A stretch of DNA of 60,193 nt from a virus (Duplodnaviria; Caudoviricetes), in the IMG/VR virus record IMGVR_UViG_3300038557_000055, positions 1-60,193 of that record; one strand, 5' to 3'. The translations under genes were made by a program, and so were the position numbers. The notes beneath the pieces are model-generated. The model searched no databases. It saw only the letters and a program-made list of their open reading frames with translations, and had not been told where the DNA came from. This document shows, piece by piece, positions 9,283-18,975 of the stretch (its first letter is position 1; the number at the start of each line of letters is the position of its first letter).

Positions 9283-9381
9283 ATGCACCGTCATATCCAA
9301 ATTCGATACGCCATGGCCGCAGGGCTGCTGATCGGCGCCGTCTACCTCGCCTTTGTGGCCTACGCGATGGGTGGCCACTGA
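9283..9381 (+). CDS. 32-aa membrane peptide (not in ORF track)
   Basis: MHRHIQIRYAMAAGLLIGAVYLAFVAYAMGGH; TGATG overlap with the next gene. Confidence 0.55.
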   Translation: MHRHIQIRYAMAAGLLIGAVYLAFVAYAMGGH

Positions 9382-10574
9382 TGGCGATCAATTTCAAAAA
9401 CAAGCCGACAAAGCTGCAGAAGCAAGTCGCGATCTTTCAATCCAGCGCCAGGGCCGAAGTCACAACGGGGCCAGTGGCGAAACTCCCCGGCATGATCCGC
9501 GAGGCTGCCAAGAAGTTGCAGTCAGCGGTGTCGGCAGCCGAAGTGCTCGAAGCCAAGGCTATCGCTTCGGCCACGTATACGGCGGCACAGGCGGCTGCCA
9601 GGTTGGAGACGGCCCGCGGGGCCCACGACAAGGTCGTAGCGGAGGCGCACCGGGCTCAAGCCAGCGCACTCATGATCGAAGCCGAGGCCAAGACCCGGTT
9701 GGCCGACGAGTATGATGCTGCTCAGGCGCGCGGCGAGGTCGGCAAGAAGGGCCAACGCACCGATCTCCTGCCGGAAGACAAGAAGGTGCCGACGGCGGAA
9801 CAGGCCGGCCTTAGCCGTCGCGAGGTCATGGAGTTCCGAGAGACCCGTGATCTGCAGGCGAGCAGCCCCACCGCAATGACCGACGCCCTGAGCAAGATGC
9901 TCAAGGATGGTGACGAGCCGACCCGGGCCGCGTTGAAGCGGGAGCTGGCGCCAATCATCAAGGAAATCCGCGCCGAGAAGCAGGAGCAGAAGAAGGCCAA
10001 GCGGGTCGAGCGCGAGGTCATCCTGGCCGAGAAGATCATGGCGCTGCCGGATCAGAAATTCGGTGTGATCCTCGCCGATCCGGAATGGGAGTTCGAAACC
10101 TACTCGGTCGAGACCGGGATGGATCGGGCCGCGGCCAACCACTACCCGACGTCTCCGACGGAGGAAATCGGCAAGCGAGACGTGCCGAGCATCGCGGCCA
10201 AAGATTGCGTGCTGTTCCTCTGGGCCACGGCTCCCGGTCTGCTCGATGCCCTTGAGGTGATGAAGGAATGGGGCTTCACCTACAAGAGCCAGTTCGTCTG
10301 GGTGAAGGACAAGATCGGAACCGGCTACTGGAACCGCAACCGTCACGAGCTGCTGCTGGTAGGGACGAAGGGCGACATCCCAGCCCCCGCGATGGGCGAG
10401 CAATGGGAAAGCGTTATCGAAGCACCTGTCGGCGAGCACTCGGCCAAGCCTGAGAAGTCGCTTGACCTGATCGAAGCCTACTACCCCAACATCCCGAAGA
10501 TCGAACTCAACCGGCGAGGCCCGGCTCGAAAGGGCTGGACTGCTTGGGGCAATGAAGCAGGGGAGGCCGCGTAA
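9381..10574 (+). CDS. MT-A70 family adenine methyltransferase with N-terminal helical domain
   Basis: VILADPEW, HYPT, LFLWAT, WGFTYKS.FVWVK, GTGYW.R..HELLLVG, HSAKP, KIEL. Confidence 0.92.
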   Translation: MAINFKNKPTKLQKQVAIFQSSARAEVTTGPVAKLPGMIREAAKKLQSAVSAAEVLEAKAIASATYTAAQAAARLETARGAHDKVVAEAHRAQASALMIEAEAKTRLADEYDAAQARGEVGKKGQRTDLLPEDKKVPTAEQAGLSRREVMEFRETRDLQASSPTAMTDALSKMLKDGDEPTRAALKRELAPIIKEIRAEKQEQKKAKRVEREVILAEKIMALPDQKFGVILADPEWEFETYSVETGMDRAAANHYPTSPTEEIGKRDVPSIAAKDCVLFLWATAPGLLDALEVMKEWGFTYKSQFVWVKDKIGTGYWNRNRHELLLVGTKGDIPAPAMGEQWESVIEAPVGEHSAKPEKSLDLIEAYYPNIPKIELNRRGPARKGWTAWGNEAGEAA

Positions 10575-11264
10575 ATGCCTGCCTATCGAAGCCCCGCCGA
10601 GACCGAGATCAGGAGTGCGGTGGTCGATCGCATCCGGAAGTATCGACCCAACGCCAGGATCATCCACGAGATCAATGTCAGCACCTACGGGCCGAACCGC
10701 ATTGACCTGATCGCGGTGGACACTGCTGAGATCGTAGCCGTCGAGATCAAGAGCGCGAAGGATAAACTCGATCGCCTGCCAGCTCAGATCGCGGCGATGA
10801 GAGGCGTAGCGCACCACGTCATTGCTGCCATCCACGAAAAATTCCTGGTCGAACAAGTGACGCACGTAGACGCCCGGCACTATGGGCGCGAGGGTCGGTT
10901 CTACCTGCGTACGTTGCCGGACAAGTGGGATTACGCCGTCGAGGCATGGGTCTATCCGGAAGTCCGGAGATGCCTGGAACCAGCCTGGCAGCACGACAGC
11001 CTCGCAAAATGGCAGTTCCCGCAAGCAAAACCGGAAACACCTTTGCCGGCGGCGGCCATCGACATGCTGTGGCGAGACGAGCTGCATGCGCTGTGCAACG
11101 CGCTCAGGGTTTCGGCGACTGCCAGGACCAACATGACCGACATGGTCAGGTCGCTGCGCTGGCACTGCACTGGCAAGGAGTTAACACGTGGCATTTGCGC
11201 AATGCTTCGCTCCCGCAAGTGCGTCGAGGCGGATCCCGAAGTTCACGGGAGGATCGCCGCATGA
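10575..11264 (+). CDS. PD-(D/E)XK nuclease (NERD/MmcB-like)
   Basis: E..IR..V, HE, RIDLIAV, VEIKSAKDKLDRL..Q. Confidence 0.75.
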   Translation: MPAYRSPAETEIRSAVVDRIRKYRPNARIIHEINVSTYGPNRIDLIAVDTAEIVAVEIKSAKDKLDRLPAQIAAMRGVAHHVIAAIHEKFLVEQVTHVDARHYGREGRFYLRTLPDKWDYAVEAWVYPEVRRCLEPAWQHDSLAKWQFPQAKPETPLPAAAIDMLWRDELHALCNALRVSATARTNMTDMVRSLRWHCTGKELTRGICAMLRSRKCVEADPEVHGRIAA

Positions 11265-11536
11265 GAGCCGCGATAACTCCCGAGCAGATCCTCGCCGGCA
11301 TCACTGGCAGCGACCATGCCGCACTGATCTTGAGACGGATTTGCGCCTCCAATCCAAGGCCGGTCACCCGAAAAGTTCTCATGGAGGGTGCTGGCATCTC
11401 GGTCGAACGAGAGGGGCCGAGATCGGCCTACGCCGCATTCTACTGGTACGTCGAGCGGGTGAACGACGAACTCCGGCGTCTCGGCTGGCGTGTCGCGGAC
11501 CATGGCGGCGACCATTTCTTCCTGATGCGAAACTGA
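11261..11536 (+). CDS. Small winged-helix-like protein
   Basis: VTRKVLME...YVERVNDELRRLGWRV; ATGA coupling. Confidence 0.6.
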   Translation: MRAAITPEQILAGITGSDHAALILRRICASNPRPVTRKVLMEGAGISVEREGPRSAYAAFYWYVERVNDELRRLGWRVADHGGDHFFLMRN

Positions 11537-11548
11537 TGGGGCGGCACA

Positions 11549-12139
11549 ATGACCGACATGCCAGCACCGATGTCCTATCTCACTATGGATCCCGGTCGAA
11601 AGATGGGGTGGGCGCACTGTCTCGCCGGTGGCGAAGAGCTTCGATACGGCACTTGGAAATTCGCCCAAGAATTGCCGGGCGCTGCATACTCGGCTTTCCT
11701 GGCCAATCTGAAGAGCAAGATGGACATCCTGCCCGATGTCCAGATCGGCCTAGAGCTGATGACGATCGTCGGCCACGAGGACGCCAAGGGCCGGACTAAC
11801 ATCGACGCTCAACAGGTCGAGTTCTCGGCCGGCTGGCCAACTCACGCCAAGACGCTTTGCTTCCGGATGGATCGTCGACCGCCGGAGATGATCGCCATCT
11901 CGGCCTGGAGATCGAAGACCCACGGAAAGACTCGAGCACCCGACCACATCCAGAAGGGGGCGGACAAGCGGAAGTGGCTGAAGCAGAAGGCGATCGACTA
12001 CTGCCACGCTCAGGGATGGAGCCCATCCAACGATGAAGAGGCCGAATCTCTCTGCATGCTCGTCTACATGCGCATGCTCTTCGAGCCAGGATTCGCTTTC
12101 GAGCGTGGCTACGCCTTCAAGCAAGAGGCGTTGCTCTGA
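11549..12139 (+). CDS. RuvC-like (RNase H fold) resolvase
   Basis: LTMDPG..MGWA, central E, AWRSK, NDEEAES. Confidence 0.7.
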   Translation: MTDMPAPMSYLTMDPGRKMGWAHCLAGGEELRYGTWKFAQELPGAAYSAFLANLKSKMDILPDVQIGLELMTIVGHEDAKGRTNIDAQQVEFSAGWPTHAKTLCFRMDRRPPEMIAISAWRSKTHGKTRAPDHIQKGADKRKWLKQKAIDYCHAQGWSPSNDEEAESLCMLVYMRMLFEPGFAFERGYAFKQEALL

Positions 12140-13248
12140 TGCGCTTTACCGACGACTTTCTCAACGACCTTCGCGACCGGATCACGATCTCCGATGTCAT
12201 CGGGTCGCGGGTGACGTGGGACAACAAGAAGACCAAGCGGGCGCGCGGGGACTGGTGGGCATGCTGCCCGATGCACGGGGAAAGTAGCCCGTCGTTCCAT
12301 TGCGAAGATAAGAAGGGCCGCTATCACTGCTTCGGTTGCGGCGCTTCCGGTGATCACTTCCGGTTCTTTATGGATTTGGACGGGGTCAGTTTCCCTCGCG
12401 CTGTGGAGCTGGTTGCGGACCTTGCCGGCGTAAGTCTCCCAACCCAGCGAGAAGAAACACCCCAAGAGCGGGCCGAGCGCGAACGGCGCCAGCAGCTACG
12501 GGAACAGCGCAAGGCCGATCAGGATCGGCAAGCCGAACGGGACGCCGAGCGCAAGGCGGACACGGTCAAGGATATCTGGTCACAGGGCAAGCCGATCGCT
12601 GGAACGCTGGCCGAGGCATATCTGCTCAGCCGCGGGCTGCCTAGGATGGAATGGCCAGCGAGCCTCCGGTTTCATCCCCGCGTTCGATACACGCTCGATA
12701 GCCCCTTCGATTTCAACTGCCGGTATTTCCCAGCTCTGATCTGCGGTGTTCAAGCCTCGAACCGCAAGCTCATGGCTATCTGGCAAATCTTCCTCGATCC
12801 GGCCGGCGGCAAGGCGAGGGTCAGACCCGGAGAGTCGGCCAAACTCGGGTTTGGTCCGGCAGCTGGAGGGGCTGTTCGCCTCGGCCCAGCAGCTGAAGAG
12901 ATCGACACCTGCGAGGGTGTCGAGACGGGCTTCGGTGTTGGCAATCTCAATGGTTGGAAGCGTCCCGTCTGGCCGCTGCTGTCCACGTCCGGAATGATCG
13001 GGTTCATCCCTCCACCCGGCGTCAAGCGCATCCACAATTGGTCGGATGGCGATCGCCACCGCTTCACACCGACGGGCTCCGTCATGGGGCCGCCTGGTCG
13101 AGAAGCTGCCAAGAAGCTGAAGACCAACATGGCTCGGCTCGGCATCGAGGTCATCAATCACGAACCACCAGAAGGGTCCGACTGGTTGGATGTCTGGAAT
13201 TCACTGCGAGAAGAAAATGAGCGGCAACGGTCAGTCCAATATCTCTAA
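12139..13248 (+). CDS. Phage primase (CHC2 zinc finger + Toprim)
   Basis: CCPMHGESSPSF..YHCFGCGASGD; AEAYL..RG; CEGVET; DGD; DWLD. Confidence 0.92.
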   Translation: MRFTDDFLNDLRDRITISDVIGSRVTWDNKKTKRARGDWWACCPMHGESSPSFHCEDKKGRYHCFGCGASGDHFRFFMDLDGVSFPRAVELVADLAGVSLPTQREETPQERAERERRQQLREQRKADQDRQAERDAERKADTVKDIWSQGKPIAGTLAEAYLLSRGLPRMEWPASLRFHPRVRYTLDSPFDFNCRYFPALICGVQASNRKLMAIWQIFLDPAGGKARVRPGESAKLGFGPAAGGAVRLGPAAEEIDTCEGVETGFGVGNLNGWKRPVWPLLSTSGMIGFIPPPGVKRIHNWSDGDRHRFTPTGSVMGPPGREAAKKLKTNMARLGIEVINHEPPEGSDWLDVWNSLREENERQRSVQYL

Positions 13249-14674
13249 CGTCCAGGCCGAGAAGGAAGTGCTTGGCGCGATCCTGCTCGCCGAAGCCAAC
13301 TTCTGGGAGGTCTCCGACATCCTCGAGCCGGCGTGCTTCAGCACGAAGGATCATCAAGCGATCTACCGCGCCATGTCCGACCTCGCCAAGGAGGATCGCT
13401 CTATCCGGACAACGGCAGTGGCAAACAGAGTAGGGGCCTTCACGGATGGTTCCGAGCCGACGCCGTACCTCTCGGCCCTGATCCATCTCGCCAAGCAGGC
13501 CAGCGCCGACGGAGCGATCCCGCTCGAGGAGTACGCCGATGATATCGCGCGGTCATTCTCGAAGCGCCAGATCAAGGCGCTGGCCGAGCGGATGGCGAAA
13601 GAGGCGGATAATCCCACCTCTGACCCTCTGGCGATCCTAGATGCCGCCCTGACCGATGCATCGGATCTCGTCCGATCCACCGACCGAGTGGTCGAGCGCA
13701 GCATCCCTCAAGTCGGTGCCGACGTGAAAAGCCTTCTGCAGGACGCCGTGACGAGCCAGGGCATAGGCATTGGCACGAGCTTGATCACCGTCGACGAGAT
13801 CATTGGAGGCCTGTTCCCAGGCGATTTCGTTCTCCTCGGTGGGGAACCCGGCGGCGGCAAGACATCCCTTGCGATGCAGATCGCGATGCATGTCAGCCAG
13901 AAGGAGCATGTTGGCTTCATCGAGCTGGAGATGGAGAACAGGATGCTCCTTCTTCGCGTAATCGCGGGACAGACGGGCATCTCGGTGCGCCAGATGATGG
14001 GGGGTGTGAACGACGACCAGCTCGAGAAGATATCGAACTCCATCCAGCAGCTCGGCAATCACAAGCTGTCGATGATCGCCAGCCACCGCATGTCGATTGC
14101 CCAGATCGAAGCGCGTGCCAGGTCGATGAAGCGCAAGAACAAGATGAAGCTGCTCATCATCGATCATCTCGGCTTGATCAAACGGCCCGGCAAGTACCGG
14201 ATCCAGAAGCACGAGAAGGACTTCGAAAACGCCGAGCAGTTGATGGAGCTCGGGAAAGCACTCGGTGTGCCAATCATCTGCCTGTGCCACCTCACAAAGG
14301 CGGGCCGACAGAAGGACGGCGACCCATCTCCTACGATGGAGGATTTCAGCGGCGGCGGTATGGAGCAGCACGCCGACCTGATGCTCTGCACCTTCAATCG
14401 TCACCAATGGCTGGAGAAGAACCCGCCGACAGCGGCCAAAGGCGCGGTCAAGCAGAAATGGGACGAGGACATCCTGATGAGCAAGAACCGGATCGAGCTC
14501 TACAAGCTCAAGGACCGCAAGGGACCGATGCGAGAGCGGGTGATCCTGCATTGGGACGGTCGGCGCACGCGGTTTCAAGACCTCGGCAGCGTTCAGACCG
14601 AACTCATCAAAGGTGGTGGCAACATTCCGCCTGCATTCGAAGGCTTCGACTTCGGAGGACTAGCCCATGCGTAA
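13217..14674 (+). CDS. DnaB-like replicative helicase
   Basis: AEKEVLGAIL N-domain; GEPGGGKT; LEM; IIDHLGLI; MEQHAD; K.R.GP. Confidence 0.93.
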   Translation: MSGNGQSNISNVQAEKEVLGAILLAEANFWEVSDILEPACFSTKDHQAIYRAMSDLAKEDRSIRTTAVANRVGAFTDGSEPTPYLSALIHLAKQASADGAIPLEEYADDIARSFSKRQIKALAERMAKEADNPTSDPLAILDAALTDASDLVRSTDRVVERSIPQVGADVKSLLQDAVTSQGIGIGTSLITVDEIIGGLFPGDFVLLGGEPGGGKTSLAMQIAMHVSQKEHVGFIELEMENRMLLLRVIAGQTGISVRQMMGGVNDDQLEKISNSIQQLGNHKLSMIASHRMSIAQIEARARSMKRKNKMKLLIIDHLGLIKRPGKYRIQKHEKDFENAEQLMELGKALGVPIICLCHLTKAGRQKDGDPSPTMEDFSGGGMEQHADLMLCTFNRHQWLEKNPPTAAKGAVKQKWDEDILMSKNRIELYKLKDRKGPMRERVILHWDGRRTRFQDLGSVQTELIKGGGNIPPAFEGFDFGGLAHA

Positions 14675-15029
14675 CGGCGAACCACTCCTGAGCACCATCA
14701 ATTTCGGCACCTATTACTGCATCATGTACCGGTGGTCTGAAGAGGAACCTTGGTACTTTCTCGCCACCAAAGGGAAGGGCCGGCGCATCTTTCCCTCCGC
14801 GACCGAAGCTGTTCAGGAGGCGAGGCGAATCCTGTGTCCCAAGCGCAAGGAGAAGCTGGTTGAAGAGCCGGCGGACCCCATGGGCCGCGAGGAATGGAAG
14901 AAGCAACGGGACGCCAGCCTCGTCGCCGAGAGGCACAAGGTGTTCGGGCAAGACACCCATCGACCGAAGATCATCTTCCAGAACGGCAAGGTTATTCCAG
15001 TCGAGATGAAGAGGAGGGCACGGGCATGA
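14667..15029 (+). CDS. Hypothetical protein
   Basis: GGAGG RBS; overlaps helicase end. Confidence 0.6.
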   Translation: MRNGEPLLSTINFGTYYCIMYRWSEEEPWYFLATKGKGRRIFPSATEAVQEARRILCPKRKEKLVEEPADPMGREEWKKQRDASLVAERHKVFGQDTHRPKIIFQNGKVIPVEMKRRARA

Positions 15030-15238
15030 GCGCGTGGTTCCGATATGAGCGCGATTTCGCGCAGCGGTTCTGCCCCGTTGTGATCTATGGCGATGAGCCA
15101 CGAATTCCGAGGGGCGAAGAGGACCGGTACACCAAGGCGGTGCCCGTCCCCGTCGACTGTCTCTCTGCCGACGGGTCTCCGATGTTCGGCCGGCTCCAGG
15201 CGATCTACCCGGCTCCTGCGCCCAAGGAGGAGTCGTGA
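15026..15238 (+). CDS. Small hypothetical protein
   Basis: ATGA coupling; MSAWFRYERDF. Confidence 0.6.
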   Translation: MSAWFRYERDFAQRFCPVVIYGDEPRIPRGEEDRYTKAVPVPVDCLSADGSPMFGRLQAIYPAPAPKEES

Positions 15239-15516
15239 TGCGCGGACGACCCAGGAAATATAGCGACAAGCAACGGTTTATCGTCTCGGTGCTGTGGTTG
15301 CATGGCATGTCGGAGCAGACCATTGCCGACGGAGTGTCGGGCTATGGCATTCGCCCCATGTCTCGCGCCGCCGTTGGTGGGCAGCTCAGCCAGACGCCAT
15401 TTCGGGGCAGGGACAAGATGCCGGTCGCGGTCCGCCAGCGCTTCCTTGATCAACTCAAATCGCACCGCCTCGACGGCGGAATCCTGCCGGATAACGTGTT
15501 CAAGGTGATGCCGTGA
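15235..15516 (+). CDS. GcrA-like HTH protein
   Basis: YSDKQ....VLWLHGMSEQTIA...MSRAAVGGQL resembles the GcrA N-terminal DNA-binding domain. Confidence 0.6.
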   Translation: MMRGRPRKYSDKQRFIVSVLWLHGMSEQTIADGVSGYGIRPMSRAAVGGQLSQTPFRGRDKMPVAVRQRFLDQLKSHRLDGGILPDNVFKVMP

Positions 15517-16466
15517 ACTTCGACGAAATCCTCCGAGCTCTCAGCCATCCCCGCCGGGCAACCAAGGACGTCTATCGTCTCGGTGATCCGGATTTCGATG
15601 CTAAGCGCGAGCGGTTTTATGAGAACTGCCGCTATGTGTTCAGCAGCGAACCGCCTCCGATCGTGTTGCCGCTGATCGCCTACTACGGGTTCGAGCGGGA
15701 CACGATGAAACGCCGGGCCGAATTCTATGCCAACTGTGCCCGGGTGTTCGGCTGGAAGGATTGGGAGCTCGACAAGCCGGAGTATCAACCCCACACCGGT
15801 GAGCCTGGTCGAGATGGTCGAGTCGAGCACCGGGAGAAATACGGCGAGGCAGCCAAGGCATCCTACTGGGATCACCACGCCGGTACGGTTGAGCTGTTCG
15901 AACGGAAATCCGACCTGCTCGATTCCATCATCGTGCTGCCGTACACCGACGAGAAGCGAGATCATGCCGCACGCGAGGGCAATACTCGCCGTCGCGTTGC
16001 TCGCATGGTGCGAGACCTGTTCGATGGCGAGATGGTCTCCTCGATGCAGTCCGCTGATCTGGCCGGCGTTCCGGGCGGCACATTCGCTGGCAAGGTGGCA
16101 TCTGATTTCGCACTAGACTGTCAGGCCAAGGTTCACCAGATGCGCAAGGACTTGCCCCCGAGATGCATGGCGATCCTTGAGGACGTGATCCGGCGCGAAG
16201 TCTTCGTCTGGGAGGTGATGACGAAGAACAAGGCTGGCGAACTCGGCCCCGATCGGAGGGCCACAAAGCGAATCCTACAGGAAATCCGAATGGCGCTAGA
16301 CTTTGCGGCTTGGTCGCTGGGCGCCTCGGTGCGGGGTAAAGAGGAGATCAGCAAGGCCGAGCTGTGCGAGCGGTGGCCGACGGCTGGCGAGTGGTTCTAT
16401 CAGTCGAAACTGAGGCCTGCCGTCCATTCTGGACGGGTGATCAGAAGGTCAGCCCGGTCATCTTGA
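15513..16466 (+). CDS. Hypothetical protein, last gene of the replication operon (late-regulator position)
   Basis: 317-aa ORF with GTGA coupling; function inferred from position only. Confidence 0.65.
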   Translation: MNFDEILRALSHPRRATKDVYRLGDPDFDAKRERFYENCRYVFSSEPPPIVLPLIAYYGFERDTMKRRAEFYANCARVFGWKDWELDKPEYQPHTGEPGRDGRVEHREKYGEAAKASYWDHHAGTVELFERKSDLLDSIIVLPYTDEKRDHAAREGNTRRRVARMVRDLFDGEMVSSMQSADLAGVPGGTFAGKVASDFALDCQAKVHQMRKDLPPRCMAILEDVIRREVFVWEVMTKNKAGELGPDRRATKRILQEIRMALDFAAWSLGASVRGKEEISKAELCERWPTAGEWFYQSKLRPAVHSGRVIRRSARSS

Positions 16467-16794
16467 AGAAGAGGGTTTCGATCCTGCCGGCTTTCCGGCC
16501 GCGGCTGATCTCGTGCATCATGAGCTGAAGCGTCTTGTCCCTATCGTGGATCTCGCGCCGGAGATCCTGATAGGTGAGGCTGTAAGCAACTGCCTTCGTG
16601 CCCTCGGCCACGTTCTTGGCCACTCCCTTCCAGTGATGCGCCGAAGCCTTCAGCACCTTGGCTTTGGCTTCATCAAAGGTGTCGCCGGCCAACATGCGCT
16701 CTTCGATCCGGTGTTTCATCGTGTTCACGATGGCGGTGATGTGTTGGACCTGCCAACGCTGCAGGCCAAGCGAGTTACCTTTCCAGCCACTCAT
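16441..16794 (-). CDS. Hypothetical protein
   Basis: End of leftward accessory operon; ATGA coupling. Confidence 0.6.
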   Translation of the reverse strand: MSGWKGNSLGLQRWQVQHITAIVNTMKHRIEERMLAGDTFDEAKAKVLKASAHHWKGVAKNVAEGTKAVAYSLTYQDLRREIHDRDKTLQLMMHEISRGRKAGRIETLFFKMTGLTF

Positions 16795-16985
16795 GCTCGA
16801 CCCTCTTGACGCTTGACCTCGTCTGTCAACGAGGCGATAGCCCGCGAAACATCACCATGCAGCTTTTGCCAGAGCGCTCGCTCTACATCCGAGTAGGGAT
16901 TCGCGGCAAAGCTATCAACAAGCGATCGAACAATATGGAAGCGCTCCAAAACCACCCACTTGTTTGGCAGAAGCTTGTCGGTCAC
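16791..16985 (-). CDS. Small hypothetical protein
   Basis: GTGA coupling, AAGGAGG RBS. Confidence 0.55.
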   Translation of the reverse strand: MTDKLLPNKWVVLERFHIVRSLVDSFAANPYSDVERALWQKLHGDVSRAIASLTDEVKRQEGRA

Positions 16986-17239
16986 TGCGCGTCCTCCTTT
17001 GCGATGTAGAATGCTGCCTGTTCTCGCGCCACTGCAAGGGCACCGGGGAGCTTGAGCAGCGCCATAAGGACGGGAATGTGCGGCGGGATATCCTCTCCAT
17101 CCTTCTCCTTCAGCCACTTCAAAACCCGCTCGTAGCGGTGCCCCGTGATGGTGCAGAATTCAGCCAACGAGATGTCGAGTTCCTTCAGGTCATCCGACAG
17201 ATCGGATGGCGTCATCCGGGTGTACTCGATACGTCTCAC
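16982..17239 (-). CDS. XRE-like HTH protein
   Basis: MTPSDL...LKELDISLAEFCTITG....VLKW...IP. Confidence 0.7.
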   Translation of the reverse strand: MRRIEYTRMTPSDLSDDLKELDISLAEFCTITGHRYERVLKWLKEKDGEDIPPHIPVLMALLKLPGALAVAREQAAFYIAKEDAQ

Positions 17240-17291
17240 GGTGGCTTTCTCCTTTCGCTGATCATCAGCATAGATTGAATCGTGGTCGAGG

Positions 17292-17468
17292 TCAGCGGTG
17301 GAACCACGCTCGAATCCTGCGGGCTCTGGAGCAAATGTCGGCGGCCAGGTCGAAGCCGCTGGCGGTGTACCGCACCAGCTTCATGATCCTGTCGCGCGTG
17401 GCGATGGAGCAAAGGCTATCGGCAAGGCCACCGACGAAGCCCGTGGCGTATTGTGCGAAGCTCATCAT
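17292..17468 (-). CDS. Small hypothetical protein
   Basis: AAGGAG RBS before ATG 17468. Confidence 0.5.
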   Translation of the reverse strand: MMSFAQYATGFVGGLADSLCSIATRDRIMKLVRYTASGFDLAADICSRARRIRAWFHR

Positions 17469-17502
17469 GTTCTCCTTCTCGGGGTTCCTGTAGCCCATGG
17501 CA

Positions 17503-17730
17503 TTAGTGCGCCACGATGAAGCGACGTTCATCCCCAGTGATCGTCGCGATTGACAGTTTAACGGCGGACAGCCTCTGTCCGAGCATCAGCATTCCGGCAT
17601 CTTCGTAGTTGTGGACGTAGCCCAGGAAACGCGGGCCATCGACGCCATTGAAGATGAAAGGCATCTTGTTTGACGTGGCGCCGGCATAGTGCCGGTCCAG
17701 CAAGACCTTGATCTGCTCCGATGACTGCAT
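17503..17730 (-). CDS. Small hypothetical protein
   Basis: TGACCATG junction; MQSSEQIK. Confidence 0.55.
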   Translation of the reverse strand: MQSSEQIKVLLDRHYAGATSNKMPFIFNGVDGPRFLGYVHNYEDAGMLMLGQRLSAVKLSIATITGDERRFIVAH

Positions 17731-17732
17731 GG

Positions 17733-17936
17733 TCAGCGCCTCACCGTGATCTTGCCCTTGCCATAGGGTTCGAAGCCCCGCCCCCATGCCTTCTCTTCTG
17801 CTTGGGTGAGCTTACCGTTGCCGTACATGCTCAGGCCTTGGATCGTATTCCAGACAGCATAGCGGGCTTCCTTGGCGCTCAGCGGGGTGTCGAAGCTGGC
17901 GCGGATAGTGATAAGGTGCGAACGGGCTTTAGCCAT
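17733..17936 (-). CDS. Small hypothetical protein
   Basis: GAAAGGA RBS; MAKARSH. Confidence 0.55.
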   Translation of the reverse strand: MAKARSHLITIRASFDTPLSAKEARYAVWNTIQGLSMYGNGKLTQAEEKAWGRGFEPYGKGKITVRR

Positions 17937-17965
17937 GTGAAATCCTTTCTGGCGCGCGGCGCCGG

Positions 17966-18346
17966 TCAATTGGTTGCGGGGGCGAGCAGCTTCTGTGCTC
18001 GCAGGTGATCTTGAGCAGCGCGCAGCATGTCGTTCGACGGATGAGCCCACGGTAGGGCGAGGCCGAAATGGGCGATCCGGGCTCTCGCGTTCTTCGACTG
18101 GATGGAATTCCAAACGCCGTCCTGCATCCGCTCCATTCTCAGAAACGCTGCTTCACGACGCTTCAACCGGAGCCTCTCAGCGGCGGCCAAGTCCGCCTCG
18201 AAACGTTCCCTGGCCCCCTTAACCGCGAGGGCATAGAACCGCTCAGCCTCCGCAAAGGCCTTGTCGCGCCAGTATGCTTCCTGTGTCGCTGTGCGTTCCA
18301 TGCGTTCGCGGTCGGCGTCAGACAGGATGAATTCGGGATTACGCAT
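17966..18346 (-). CDS. Hypothetical protein
   Basis: AGGAGG RBS. Confidence 0.6.
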   Translation of the reverse strand: MRNPEFILSDADRERMERTATQEAYWRDKAFAEAERFYALAVKGARERFEADLAAAERLRLKRREAAFLRMERMQDGVWNSIQSKNARARIAHFGLALPWAHPSNDMLRAAQDHLRAQKLLAPATN

Positions 18347-18611
18347 TGGCTGCCTCCTGATCTTTGCGGCGGAGCGGCGTGTTCGCCATGAAGCGGATGA
18401 GCTGCATCAGCTCCCGGTATTCGCGATCGCGGCTTGTCTTGGTCTGCTGCCGCCGAAGGTGCTGGAGGCACTGAACCCGGTGTTCGTCGCTCAACGGCCT
18501 ACCGTCGTCTGGATAGAGCGCGTACAGGCACGCGCCCGGGTCCGAGTCGTGGATGAACGATCCCCATTGCGAGGCCAACGCGTAGGCGCGTTCTTTGGAG
18601 ATGATGCGCAT
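18339..18611 (-). CDS. Hypothetical protein
   Basis: TGACCCATG junction. Confidence 0.6.
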   Translation of the reverse strand: MRIISKERAYALASQWGSFIHDSDPGACLYALYPDDGRPLSDEHRVQCLQHLRRQQTKTSRDREYRELMQLIRFMANTPLRRKDQEAANA

Positions 18612-18614
18612 GGG

Positions 18615-18974
18615 TCAGGCCTCGACCTTAGCCTTCGCGCGACGGGCGATATCGGCGACGCTCAGAATCCATTGATCCTGTTCTTCACCGGTGTATTGCG
18701 TCCAAGTTGCGCCTTCGTCGGTCTCGTCGCATTCATTGCCGGCCGCATCCAGCCATCGCCCATCGGTCGAGCAACCTTCAATGATCTCGTCCAGAGCTGT
18801 AAGGAGCTCTGGCAACACCGCGATCCGCTTGGCCAACTCGGGCGCGTGTTCGCCATGGACCCAGATTGAAGCGTTTTCGGTCAGCTCCTCGGGAAGCATG
18901 ACGACGGTATAATCAACGCCGGTGTGGGCGACCCACGGGCCAAGCAAGAGCTTGGCAATCTCGTCGTTTGTCAT
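18615..18974 (-). CDS. Hypothetical protein (GPW...IAVLPELLTAL type)
   Basis: Recurrent small-phage-protein motif; GGAGGG RBS. Confidence 0.65.
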   Translation of the reverse strand: MTNDEIAKLLLGPWVAHTGVDYTVVMLPEELTENASIWVHGEHAPELAKRIAVLPELLTALDEIIEGCSTDGRWLDAAGNECDETDEGATWTQYTGEEQDQWILSVADIARRAKAKVEA

Positions 18975-18975
18975 C

